A program made the translations under genes and the position numbers. The notes beneath the pieces were generated by a model, which had not been told where the DNA came from, ran no database searches, and saw only the letters and a list, made by a program, of their open reading frames with translations. From Candidatus Micrarchaeota archaeon (GTDB taxonomy: Archaea > Micrarchaeota > Micrarchaeia > Anstonellales > Bilamarchaeaceae), in contig JBBSVN010000010.1 in NCBI GenBank assembly GCA_038046765.1, positions 22,172 through 86,171 on the forward strand: a stretch of DNA of 64,000 nt, written 5' to 3'. Shown here piece by piece: positions 19,058-28,877 of the stretch; positions within the stretch are counted from its first letter, which is position 1, and every line of letters begins with the position of its first letter.

Positions 19058-22000
19058 AAAACATAAATTTTGGTTTATTTACGATACTCGGAATTCTTCT
19101 TTTCGTATTCATTAGCGGTTGCACTGTAAAACAAAATGCAACAATTGGCTGTTGTGTAATTGATACAACTAACCCAAACAGTCCAACTTGTAAAAGCTTA
19201 AAAGGAACTACATCTGCAGGAATTGCTTTAGTTAATACTAATTCATGCAATACAAATCTTGGAACTTGTAACATTACTATTGGTATTACGCCTCAAACAG
19301 GATCGCAATCCGGAGTTAATACTCAGGATAATAATTATCAAACCACAACAGTAAATGCGCCAATATGTTCTAATCGTGCATTTACCTGTATTTCCGATAG
19401 TTGTTTTGCACAAGTCTGCGGTCCATTTAAGTATCAGCCACAACCCGTTCCAAGTTTAAGCGATACAGTTACATTTAGTAAATCGGGCAGTTCAAGTTAT
19501 TCATTTAATTCAAATCGTGCGCCACTTTCAATAAATCTTTACGGGACAACGTGTTTAGTAGTTCCTGCAAATGAAACTTTAAAAAACGTTCTTGAAAACT
19601 CTAAAGGAAGCGCAGTAAACATTTTTAGGTTTGGAATTGGTAACACTTTTGAAGAATTTGAAACCTACAGATACTTGTTCCCATTTACTGATACTGCATG
19701 CAATATTAATACATTTTCAACAAATGTAAAAGACCGTTACTTAAATTACATGCTTAGTCCAACTGAATTCCAGAACATGAAAAGTGATTCTGGACGGCTA
19801 AGCGGATCTGGGTGGCGTAATACTGGAACTGGCGGTGCTCCGGTGCAAGTAACATATCCATGGCAAAGAGTTGCAACAGATAATTTCTGCCCCCAGACAA
19901 CTGTTTCTCCATTTTTAGGTTCAATAAATAACTTCAAAGGAAGCGATGGAATAAATTATAAATTCAATTCATCAGTCTGGAGTTCTGTTTACCAGCCAAG
20001 TATAAGAAACCCCCCTACACAATCTCCCCCATCTACATTTTCGCGAGCACTTGATAAAACATTTTACCGGAATTTCCTTCCATTAATTTACGAAGATGAT
20101 ATGGCTCAAGGAATAACCAGCGCGTCTGGCCCAGTCCCAGCTCCATTTGAATGCTCAAGTCCAATTGAATGCAGTTCTGGATATTGTAATTTCGTTGATT
20201 ATAGCCGGAATCTATGCAAGAAAACTTCGGGTAGTTCTACTACCTGGGTTGAATGCGGATGCAATTCTTTAGGTCTATCCTGCTTTGGAGGAACAACAAC
20301 ATTTAGTTACCTTCCTGGTGTTGGAAAACCAAATTCTGCAGCTGATTTGAATGCTTATATTAATGCATATACGAGTGCGAACTTAAACGATCCTAATTCG
20401 CAGCCACAAGATTTCTATTCTAAAAATAATCCTATTCTTACACTTAACTATGCTGGTGTTCAGCCTAGTTGCAGTGGTTTTCTTACTAGTTTAGTAGCTG
20501 GTGTACAAATAGTTGAAGATCAAGGAACATGTGTTATTGCAGATGATGGGATTGCAACTTGTACGCTTAGCGCTGGTTATAATGGAAATGATGAACAAAC
20601 AGAAAGTCTCACTTCAAGAGGCCCGGCAACAGTCCGTGTAAAAAATCTCAATTCGTTTTCTTTCCCAAAAGGAATCCAATTATTTGGTGAAATTAAAACG
20701 GGCGGTTATGTTGGTTATACTCTTTTATCTGAGCAACAATTGCAAGCTAGCGATTTTGGACGAAGATGCGGACCACTAACTAACGGAGTAGATTATGTGA
20801 TTAAGCAACCAAACAAGATACAGTACGGTAGGAATACTGGTCAACCATCAGATTACGAAGAACCTGATAGCAATGGCCCAGTTAGTAATGCATATGCTGT
20901 TGGGACAATAATTCGGCCGCCACCAGCACAAGAAACATCGCCTCCTGCATGGCTTAATAGTGATGATAGTACTTTTGCGGATGTTATTCTATTTACAGGA
21001 GCGCAAAGCCTAAAAACTTCACCAAGTAGTTGCGATGATGAAGGGGGATGGGATCATTATATTTATGCTCAACAATATATTTTCTTAAAAGCAAATAATG
21101 GTAAAATCGGGACATGTGATTTAGACTCTAATTCTCCAGGTTTGCCTGTTACAAAATCATTTGGCTGGTGCGAAGCATGCAGTTATGCGACGCTTTCTAA
21201 ACAAATTGTGACTTCATCTGCTGCAGCTTATAATCCCTCTGCAATTACCTACAGCAGGAATTTTGAAAATCCCCAAACGCAGACAAAAGTTACTCCTCTT
21301 CTTTCGAATGGAAATCCAACCAAGTATCGGTCAGCAGTAAGTAATCCTGTTGAACCATATCTGGAGCAAAAGCAGGATAAATATTTGCAAGAAGGAGTTC
21401 TTCCTGTTTTTGATTTGTCTGATCAAGGCAATTGGGTTTCTAAAACCGCAATGTTAAATCCGCAAGATCCTTCGCAGTCAGCTTCTGACGGTGCTTTGAT
21501 ATCTGCGAATTTATTTAGTAATTATATGGATGCATACCCCTACATAAAAAATAATGTCGGACCTTCCATGGTTATTGTTGGGAATATAAGTCTTAGTCAA
21601 CTTTCCGGTTCAAGTTTACCCTCTTCAATCGTTTTTAGACAAGTAAGAAGACCAAGCGCTCAAACTATTTATGATTTACAAGTTGAGGGTGTTGGGCCAA
21701 ATTTCATCTTTGATGAAACCCGCAATACTGTATCTAATCCCAACCCACCCGTAGATACCAGGTCATCAACCCAAATAGAAAACATTCCTGTAGGAAATTA
21801 TATTTATAAAATACAGGTTGATAAATCAGTTACAGTTGTTCCATGTCTATCTGGCCCTCCAAAACCGTATACTGAATCTTTTAATGTCCAAATAAACATT
21901 TTAGATCTTAATAATAACCAAGTTTCACCTACAATAAATCGTCCAATTCCAGTTAGTATACCTAACAATTGCCCAATTGTTGCCCTAACTGGTCCATCAA

Positions 22001-23388
22001 CTACTGTGCAAATCCCAGTTGTTCCGTTCTTAACTATATTTAAAGAAAGAATTGATTCAGCAAAGTTAGCCTGCTCAAAATGCTTACTTGGTTTTAGAAT
22101 TTTAAATAATAATTTGCAAGGGTCGACTAGAAGAGTTGCTGATATTGCAACTTTAAACGCAGTCGATGCATACGATCTTAGTCAAAAATCAGATACAACT
22201 AAAACAATCCTGGACAAAATTGATTTTGTCGCATACAGTTTCTATCCGGATGAATACACGCAGGAAGATAATAGTTTATGTGGAAGTACTGCAAACAATC
22301 AAAATATAATTTCACAGTTAGAAAATCTTTCAAGGACTACGCTTTACGATTCTGGCAAGCTTTCACTTATAAGCGACTTTTCAATAAACTCTGCTGATTC
22401 GCTTTGCTGGAGCGATGCACAAAAACAAAACTTTATTTCTTATATGCTAACAAAACAAAGAACGCTTTCAAGTGCGGGATTAATGGGTGTAATATATTCT
22501 GATGTTTCCGGATTAAAATCAGGCGGGACACCTTATACAAACACAAATGCATTTTGTGATCTTAATTCGGGTAGTAAATCATTTGTTGCTGACCCTCCTG
22601 TTACTGTTTATACTAAAATTTATACTAGTCCATCTGTTACTTGTGAAGAATGCAATGAATTAGATTACACACTTGGAAAATGCAATTCTGCTGATACTAG
22701 TCCTGTTCCAAGAAGCGAATTATGCGATAACAATGTTGCCTGTACTTTGCCAAATAGTGCTACACGAAGTCCTACAACACAATTTAAATGTCCTGAAAAA
22801 ACAATTCCAGACCCATGCGTTCCATGTTCGAGTGTTCAAAATAGTTTAGATTGTAAAATCTATAGAAGCGATGGAACTGTTAATCAGGTACCTTATGACA
22901 TTAATACACTTAATGATTTATCCGCAGATGTTATCGCAAGTATTCCTCGTCAAACAAACAGTGTTTGCTGTCTTTTAGAAACTAATTCGCAAGCTAGCTC
23001 GGGTGCAGCTGGGGGAGTTCAACAACCAGCTACCCGAAGCTATACTTATGTAAAACAAACTGCTGCTGGAAGAAACGTTGCGCCAATTGTTTTTTCAGTT
23101 TCTGGAGACCCGGCTGATGATTGCGGTATTCCGGATTCAAGTAGTATCGGTTCTAATATCTGCGGTTCTGCAACTCCAATTAAAAATTATCAGATAAGTT
23201 GTACTCTTGTTGATAATAGTGCAGTTGTAAATCCATTAGCTGGCGGGAGTGGAACGGGTGTTATTAATCCGGCTGGGGGCGGAAGCCCACCTACTCCTGG
23301 CCCAGGCGGTGGAGGGGGAATAATTTCTCCGGGTGCTGGCGGAAGCGGAGGTAGCAGTGGAAATGCTGGTGGAAGTGGAGGGAACTAA
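19054..23388 (+). CDS. Very large Cys-rich surface protein (lipoprotein-like), Gly/Pro-rich C-terminal tail
   Basis: ISGC lipobox-like motif, numerous paired Cys, S/T/N/P-rich, 1444 aa. Confidence 0.75.
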   Translation: MKNINFGLFTILGILLFVFISGCTVKQNATIGCCVIDTTNPNSPTCKSLKGTTSAGIALVNTNSCNTNLGTCNITIGITPQTGSQSGVNTQDNNYQTTTVNAPICSNRAFTCISDSCFAQVCGPFKYQPQPVPSLSDTVTFSKSGSSSYSFNSNRAPLSINLYGTTCLVVPANETLKNVLENSKGSAVNIFRFGIGNTFEEFETYRYLFPFTDTACNINTFSTNVKDRYLNYMLSPTEFQNMKSDSGRLSGSGWRNTGTGGAPVQVTYPWQRVATDNFCPQTTVSPFLGSINNFKGSDGINYKFNSSVWSSVYQPSIRNPPTQSPPSTFSRALDKTFYRNFLPLIYEDDMAQGITSASGPVPAPFECSSPIECSSGYCNFVDYSRNLCKKTSGSSTTWVECGCNSLGLSCFGGTTTFSYLPGVGKPNSAADLNAYINAYTSANLNDPNSQPQDFYSKNNPILTLNYAGVQPSCSGFLTSLVAGVQIVEDQGTCVIADDGIATCTLSAGYNGNDEQTESLTSRGPATVRVKNLNSFSFPKGIQLFGEIKTGGYVGYTLLSEQQLQASDFGRRCGPLTNGVDYVIKQPNKIQYGRNTGQPSDYEEPDSNGPVSNAYAVGTIIRPPPAQETSPPAWLNSDDSTFADVILFTGAQSLKTSPSSCDDEGGWDHYIYAQQYIFLKANNGKIGTCDLDSNSPGLPVTKSFGWCEACSYATLSKQIVTSSAAAYNPSAITYSRNFENPQTQTKVTPLLSNGNPTKYRSAVSNPVEPYLEQKQDKYLQEGVLPVFDLSDQGNWVSKTAMLNPQDPSQSASDGALISANLFSNYMDAYPYIKNNVGPSMVIVGNISLSQLSGSSLPSSIVFRQVRRPSAQTIYDLQVEGVGPNFIFDETRNTVSNPNPPVDTRSSTQIENIPVGNYIYKIQVDKSVTVVPCLSGPPKPYTESFNVQINILDLNNNQVSPTINRPIPVSIPNNCPIVALTGPSTTVQIPVVPFLTIFKERIDSAKLACSKCLLGFRILNNNLQGSTRRVADIATLNAVDAYDLSQKSDTTKTILDKIDFVAYSFYPDEYTQEDNSLCGSTANNQNIISQLENLSRTTLYDSGKLSLISDFSINSADSLCWSDAQKQNFISYMLTKQRTLSSAGLMGVIYSDVSGLKSGGTPYTNTNAFCDLNSGSKSFVADPPVTVYTKIYTSPSVTCEECNELDYTLGKCNSADTSPVPRSELCDNNVACTLPNSATRSPTTQFKCPEKTIPDPCVPCSSVQNSLDCKIYRSDGTVNQVPYDINTLNDLSADVIASIPRQTNSVCCLLETNSQASSGAAGGVQQPATRSYTYVKQTAAGRNVAPIVFSVSGDPADDCGIPDSSSIGSNICGSATPIKNYQISCTLVDNSAVVNPLAGGSGTGVINPAGGGSPPTPGPGGGGGIISPGAGGSGGSSGNAGGSGGN

Positions 23389-23458
23389 ATTTATATTCTT
23401 TTAGTTTGATAACTTTACAATCTTATAATCTTATCTTAGGAATTACTTAAGAGGTGCG

Positions 23459-24769
23459 TTGATAATGACTAGAAACTTAGTTCATTTTGGTATAAATAAT
23501 ACTAAGAGAGCAGAAATAGTGAGTCGTTCAGAATCAAATTCGCCTAATTTTAGAATTAAATCCGTTTTAAGAAAACTTGCTCTTGCGTCAAAATTAGCCG
23601 TAGCAACTATTTTTGGTATTTCTGCAATATCCGCATGTAGTGAAACTCCTGCCAATTCTTCAATGAACGATCCTAAAGATGGTTCACAACAAAACATAGA
23701 TGCCGCAATAAATGATGGGTCACAAAGCAAGGATGCAATCTCAATTGACAGATATTTAGATGGCCAGCAAGCAATCGATAGTAATCCGAACGATAGACAA
23801 ATTTCTATTGATGGCAGTCAATCTAATGATCTCAATAATTCTTGGCCGCTTTCTTTTAATTTTTGCCATAATGTAACTGTTACTAACCCATCTAATAATC
23901 CAACCCTCGAGATCTTAGCCATGGATATTCTCGCAGCGAATTTCACACAGACAAAAGCAGATATGGCTGATATGCAAATGCATCCTGGAACGTGCGCAAA
24001 CCCCGATACATCTAGACAAATGCCCATATCACCCGAACTTTTTGCGCCAAATCAGTTAAGAGATGACAATGGTAATTATAAAATATGGTTCAGATTTAAT
24101 TTACTTTCTTTCGATTTTCCAGTATCTCTAGCCATATACCATGGTGACCCCTTAGTAAACAATAATGTACGTCCTAGCTCTGTTTTCGTAAATTTATATG
24201 CAGCAGCTAATGGTATAAACTGGACTTCCATTCTAGGAACATCTATATTACCCTGTGCTAATGATAATACTGCTCGTACCTGCTTTTCTGGGCGCATAAG
24301 TGTGCTTTCCACCCCTATTAATCCTAACTTAAATGGTAGAATTCTTGAAGCAAGAACTTTTGGCATGAATGGAAGTTCGATGATCTTTGGCATAAGTGAT
24401 TTTGGGGGTGGATATACTTATGACGCAGGATACGCATCCAGTATTTTTGTAATAGGTAATTCTCTACAGGCAAGCGATGGCACTGGAATTTCAATGCAAA
24501 GCGGGTTACAAAGACCTCAAAATGCATGGACTCTAACAAGTATTGCGTTTCCCAATAATGCTATGGTTCAGGCAACTGACGAAAATAGTAATCTAGTTAG
24601 TATATCCTCAAATCTGCCTCGCCCCTCAAATGGAATAACGCGTCCTAATCAAATGATTTTTATTGCTGAACCTCAAAGCTCTGGTGGGCAGCAAGGATCC
24701 TTTCTTTACGTAAGGAGTAGGTTCATATCCTCTGCCTCAGTAAGCGTGGGTCCAGAACTAACAAAATAG
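23459..24769 (+). CDS. Lipoprotein-like protein with DGS linker repeats and DUF2341-like domain
   Basis: ISAC lipobox after a long N-region; W...F...VTVTN...KADMAD...IWFR...IYHGDP. Confidence 0.55.
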   Translation: MIMTRNLVHFGINNTKRAEIVSRSESNSPNFRIKSVLRKLALASKLAVATIFGISAISACSETPANSSMNDPKDGSQQNIDAAINDGSQSKDAISIDRYLDGQQAIDSNPNDRQISIDGSQSNDLNNSWPLSFNFCHNVTVTNPSNNPTLEILAMDILAANFTQTKADMADMQMHPGTCANPDTSRQMPISPELFAPNQLRDDNGNYKIWFRFNLLSFDFPVSLAIYHGDPLVNNNVRPSSVFVNLYAAANGINWTSILGTSILPCANDNTARTCFSGRISVLSTPINPNLNGRILEARTFGMNGSSMIFGISDFGGGYTYDAGYASSIFVIGNSLQASDGTGISMQSGLQRPQNAWTLTSIAFPNNAMVQATDENSNLVSISSNLPRPSNGITRPNQMIFIAEPQSSGGQQGSFLYVRSRFISSASVSVGPELTK

Positions 24770-24776
24770 TAACTGT

Positions 24777-24793
24777 ATTCCAGTAACTGGAAT
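24777..24793. terminator. Hairpin between convergent genes
   Basis: ATTCCAG-TAA-CTGGAAT in the 31-nt gap between convergent stops. Confidence 0.4.
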
Positions 24794-24800
24794 GTTTATT

Positions 24801-25604
24801 TTATTTAACTTTCAAAGAATTATTTATTTCCTTTAATTTGTCTATATAATATTGTTCTGATTCGTATGAAAATCTAAACTTTCCCTCGCTTTCTAAAAAT
24901 CTGCTTGCTTCAATTACCCACTGCCGTAATTTAATAAAATAAGTTGTATCTTGGATTGTCTCGCCATCTTTTAGATAAGGTTTAGTATTATTGATAAAAA
25001 CAATTCCTATCGATCTTAACTCTAATTCGCTTAATCTTTTATTTGTTCCATCACGTACTATTTCTAAAGGACAAGAATAAATTCCATACATTAAATCTGG
25101 TATAGCTGGTTTTACTAATTGTGTTCCATCTGCCAGTAACATCTCATCATAAGTCCAAGCTCCAACTCCCCATTTTAATTTTGGATTTCCTCCCCATATT
25201 ACGTGCGCATTGTTTGCCATGTTTCCGTTACCATCTGTGTTTAATCTTCTGATAAATTCAGAGTCATTAATACTCATCGGTGCAGAAAGTGCCTTAGGCG
25301 TTCCAGATTCAAATGGGTGCACATGACCACTATTAACATTGTCGCAATCTCTATATCCAATTCGTGTTTCACCACCTTTTCCAAGTCTTACTTCTAAGAT
25401 TTTTGGATAAATAATACTTCCTGTTTTTGGATCATATTTCTTTTCAAAAATAAAGCCAGTTTCGTTTGGAATATTTTTTGTAGCTTCCCGGATTACTGAT
25501 TCAGCAAGCGTCTGGCAAATAATCACTCTTCTGATTGCTCGTACTGAGTATGCTGCTCTTCTAGCTATCGGAATTAATGTTCTTAGATATAAGTTGTCTG
25601 ACAT
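24801..25604 (-). CDS. JAB/MPN-like domain protein
   Basis: PNETGF...GHVHP...PMSIND (JAMM E-HxH-SxxD with longer spacer). Confidence 0.55.
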   Translation of the reverse strand: MSDNLYLRTLIPIARRAAYSVRAIRRVIICQTLAESVIREATKNIPNETGFIFEKKYDPKTGSIIYPKILEVRLGKGGETRIGYRDCDNVNSGHVHPFESGTPKALSAPMSINDSEFIRRLNTDGNGNMANNAHVIWGGNPKLKWGVGAWTYDEMLLADGTQLVKPAIPDLMYGIYSCPLEIVRDGTNKRLSELELRSIGIVFINNTKPYLKDGETIQDTTYFIKLRQWVIEASRFLESEGKFRFSYESEQYYIDKLKEINNSLKVK

Positions 25605-25616
25605 AATAAATCAGCA

Positions 25617-27218
25617 TTACGCCACAGCAAATAATGGCGGTATTCGCATTTCAATAATAATTGCTTGTGCTTTTTTCTTCCCTTCTTCTCCTTTTTCGCT
25701 TAGTCTTTGCAGAATTCTATGTGTGAGTTCTCCTCTTTTATTTATTATGCTTAAAGTCCAGCCTGCTACTTCAAGATCCTCTTCTGTGCCTTTTTGGAGA
25801 ATTAATTCTGCTGTTCTTTTTACTGCTTCTTTATCATCAAACTCTTTGTAAACATACATGCTTAATGCCGGATAATTATCTTCTAATTCTGCAGCTTTCT
25901 TTAATAATTTTTGAGCAGTCAACATGTCCTTATTTTCTTTGTATTTTTTACCTAGGTATATTGCTAAATTTGCATAAATTATTTTAGCTTCTTCTACGCA
26001 TCCTCTTTCTAAAAGGATTTCTGCACAAGAAAATGCTTTTTCGAAATCTACATTTTCATAAATCTTTGCTGCAAATATAATTGCTTCATCTGTACCTAAT
26101 TCAAATGCCACATCCGCGCATTTTTGTTTGTAATTCCAGTAACTAGATTTAAGATATGAAAAATTTACGTTTCCTAAAAATTCGGCAGCTTCTTTTATCT
26201 TTTCTAAATCTTTTCCTGCTTCGTTTAAACGTACAGCAAACTCAACTAATTTTTCTTCCTCTACTTTTGTCAGTGCCTGTTTTTTTGTTTTCATGTATTC
26301 TAATAATTTTAATATTCCAGAGTTATCAATTATCTGGGGTAAAAATTTGTCCAAATCCCAGATTAAATCCAGCGTTGCTTTGTATTTATCATCTTCTGTT
26401 CTTCCATATTTTTCAATAACATGTATTACTCCTTCGATTGTACCAGTAGAAATTGCGTAAAAAAATCGTAAATTATTTGTTAATTTAATTGTGGAATCAT
26501 CTTGCTCATACTTTCCAGTTGTGTCAAATCTTGCATAAAATTTAATTCTGTCTGATGCATCAACAAGTAGACCTCTGCATCTAACAACTTCTTCGTGCAT
26601 TCCAAGTTTCTCATAAATTCTCATGCCAAAATATTCTTTTTCTCCTTTCTCTTCCATTTGTAAAAGTGACATCATTCCTCTTCCAATTCCTTCTGTGCCA
26701 ACTTCTGCTGCTGACAAAAACATTCTGTGTTGTTGATGCGCTTCTGTCCATTCTGTTTCAGGTTTTGGACTTACTTTTATGCTTTGTTTCCCGCTTAAAT
26801 GATCTGCAACAAGTTTTGCTGTGTTTGGACTTTCTTTAATAAGTGCCATTGCTGCCAAATATTTTCCATATGAACCAAATGATTCTAATCTATCACAAGG
26901 AGTGCGCATTTCTTGGCTCATACCGTCTATTGCGAGAACTCGGAGTTTGGCATAACTTGATTCGTTAGTGTCTCTTTGTTCTACATCTTTAACAAATGCC
27001 CTAGCTTCTTTTACAAGCCCGTTTTCTATAAGAACATCAACTGCTCGAATATGGCTAATTTCTCTTAGTTTTGTTGATAACTCAATTACTTCAAGTATCC
27101 TATGAACTCGAGCTGCAGCATCTACTTTACCTTCTGAATGATACGTTTCAAACGCTCTTCTGTAATCTCCTTTATCTTCAAAAGCTTTTCCAAAGTTGCG
27201 AGTAATAGTTCTTGTCAT
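25617..27218 (-). CDS. Alpha-helical repeat (TPR-like) orphan protein
   Basis: 533 aa, repeated amphipathic A/E/K helices such as FEKAFSCAEILLERGCVEEAK. Confidence 0.55.
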   Translation of the reverse strand: MTRTITRNFGKAFEDKGDYRRAFETYHSEGKVDAAARVHRILEVIELSTKLREISHIRAVDVLIENGLVKEARAFVKDVEQRDTNESSYAKLRVLAIDGMSQEMRTPCDRLESFGSYGKYLAAMALIKESPNTAKLVADHLSGKQSIKVSPKPETEWTEAHQQHRMFLSAAEVGTEGIGRGMMSLLQMEEKGEKEYFGMRIYEKLGMHEEVVRCRGLLVDASDRIKFYARFDTTGKYEQDDSTIKLTNNLRFFYAISTGTIEGVIHVIEKYGRTEDDKYKATLDLIWDLDKFLPQIIDNSGILKLLEYMKTKKQALTKVEEEKLVEFAVRLNEAGKDLEKIKEAAEFLGNVNFSYLKSSYWNYKQKCADVAFELGTDEAIIFAAKIYENVDFEKAFSCAEILLERGCVEEAKIIYANLAIYLGKKYKENKDMLTAQKLLKKAAELEDNYPALSMYVYKEFDDKEAVKRTAELILQKGTEEDLEVAGWTLSIINKRGELTHRILQRLSEKGEEGKKKAQAIIIEMRIPPLFAVA

Positions 27219-27340
27219 AATACTATTGCCTCAAACGAGTTTAAATAACTTTCTATCATCTTTTATAACATAATCTTTCAAATTATCAACTATTTTCACT
27301 TATTTAAAGCTTTAATAACATTTCGCTCCATTATAAATTT

Positions 27341-28072
27341 ATGAATCCAATTTCAAGAGAACGAGTAATCATCGAAGCTTCAGCCCGCGTACTTACAAGT
27401 CGATATCACAAGGATTTACCATTTGAAAAAGCAGTCAATTTAGTAGAAAGAAATCGTGCTTTAGATAAACCGGCATTGTATGCTGGAGCAAATAAAAACA
27501 TTGCAGATTTTCTTGCTACTGGGTGTAAAATGGGTGTTTTTGTAGATCCAATGTACTCTCAAACCCGTCCATCTTCTGGTCAAACTAATTTACAATTATT
27601 TTTAGAAAATTTTAGGTCTTCTCTTTCGATGATTGAAGGAGCAACAAATCCTACGATAAAGGAAGAAGGTAACATAAAAAAACGATCTGGAAAGTGGATT
27701 ATGCGTTTTTATTTCCATAAAGAAGAACGAACTGTTGCTTGTTATGGCTCAAGTATAACTAGTCTTGGGGTTATGAGTGAGCCACCCGAATTAGAATCCG
27801 GAGTAACTCATTATACTACAGTTCATTTTCCTAGCGAGTGGAGAGAAAGTTTTACTCATCCGCATTTACTTTCTCTGGTTGTTCCTGGTGGTCATCTTGA
27901 AACATGGCATCCGCATACGGTACAACCAATGCTAGACTTATATAAATTTGAGCTATTACATAGAAACGGATCTAATGATCAAATTAAGGCAATGCACGGA
28001 GAGCTTACTGTTAATGGTGTTTCCCTTTACAATACACTTTTTGAATATGCTATTTTTAGGAAAAATGCGTAA
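27341..28072 (+). CDS. Hypothetical protein
   Basis: 243-aa ORF with upstream AT-rich promoter-like region; no recognised motif. Confidence 0.55.
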   Translation: MNPISRERVIIEASARVLTSRYHKDLPFEKAVNLVERNRALDKPALYAGANKNIADFLATGCKMGVFVDPMYSQTRPSSGQTNLQLFLENFRSSLSMIEGATNPTIKEEGNIKKRSGKWIMRFYFHKEERTVACYGSSITSLGVMSEPPELESGVTHYTTVHFPSEWRESFTHPHLLSLVVPGGHLETWHPHTVQPMLDLYKFELLHRNGSNDQIKAMHGELTVNGVSLYNTLFEYAIFRKNA

Positions 28073-28073
28073 A

Positions 28074-28105
28074 ATATCGAAACATTTATAAATAAGTTTT
28101 GATAT
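28074..28105. promoter_or_regulatory. Inverted repeat enclosing TATA box of the mazEF-like operon
   Basis: ATATCGAAAC / GTTTTGATAT (9/10) flanking TTTATAAATA. Confidence 0.5.
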
Positions 28106-28131
28106 GAATTAATATGAAAAAGTAGGTTTAG

Positions 28132-28413
28132 GTGAATAATTTGTACGAACACGTATCTATAATCGGTGAAAGAGGTCAAATTACAATTCCAAAAGACATT
28201 CGGGAAGTTGAAGGACTTAAAGAAAAAGATAGAGTAATAATTAAAATTGAAGATAATAAAATAGTTATCGAAAAAATCACTACTGTTCAAAAGAAAAAAC
28301 AAATTGAGTTACTAAAAGAAGGGTACAAGAAACTTGGTAAATTGTCCCTTGAAATAACAAAAGAATTTGAACATGCTGATAAAAGTGCAAACAGGTTTTT
28401 AGATGATTATTAA
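28132..28413 (+). CDS. AbrB/MazE/SpoVT-family antitoxin
   Basis: IGERGQITIPKDIR..GLKEKD.V; overlaps the toxin start. Confidence 0.85.
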   Translation: MNNLYEHVSIIGERGQITIPKDIREVEGLKEKDRVIIKIEDNKIVIEKITTVQKKKQIELLKEGYKKLGKLSLEITKEFEHADKSANRFLDDY

Positions 28414-28750
28414 ACGTGGCGATGTAATTCGAGCTGACCTTGAACCAGTAAAAGGTTCAGAACAAGGTAAAATTAGACCCTGTTTAGTAATCCAAAATGA
28501 CATTGGTAATTCCTTTAGTACAACAACAATAATTGCTCCGCTTACATCACGGATCGAAAATGAAGATTATCCATTTGTAGTTTTTGTAAAAGCTGGTGAA
28601 GGTGGGCTCCCAAAAGATAGCCTAGTTTTACTTAATCAAATAAGAACTATTTCAATGGAGAATCGGATTTTAGATAAATTAGGTTCACTATCAAACGAGA
28701 CGATGAAAAAAGTTGACAATGCTTTAAAAGTTAGTTTGTCTTTGGATTAA
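28403..28750 (+). CDS. mazF: PemK/MazF-family endoribonuclease toxin
   Basis: RGDV..ADLEPVKGSEQGKIRPCLVIQND..N..S.T.I.APLTS; QIRTI. Confidence 0.93.
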   Translation: MIIKRGDVIRADLEPVKGSEQGKIRPCLVIQNDIGNSFSTTTIIAPLTSRIENEDYPFVVFVKAGEGGLPKDSLVLLNQIRTISMENRILDKLGSLSNETMKKVDNALKVSLSLD

Positions 28751-28769
28751 TCAATTAATAGCAATCAAC

Positions 28770-28830
28770 TTTGAGCCTTAAGCTGCGAATTCATATTTAT
28801 TTGCTCATTGCCCAAAGCTCACTGCTCAAT
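28770..28830. repeat. Second heptamer-repeat element, reverse orientation relative to 15799-15886
   Basis: TTTGAGCCTTAAGCTG ... GCTCATT GCCCAAA GCTCACT GCTCAAT. Confidence 0.75.
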
Positions 28831-28877
28831 AGTTAATATCGCTACCTTTAAAAACCTAAAGCGAGTTTTCACTTTTT

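Noticed and set aside
23240-23388. GC-rich stretch as possible RNA gene or foreign DNA
   Set aside because: Explained by Gly/Pro codons in the tail of the 1444-aa protein
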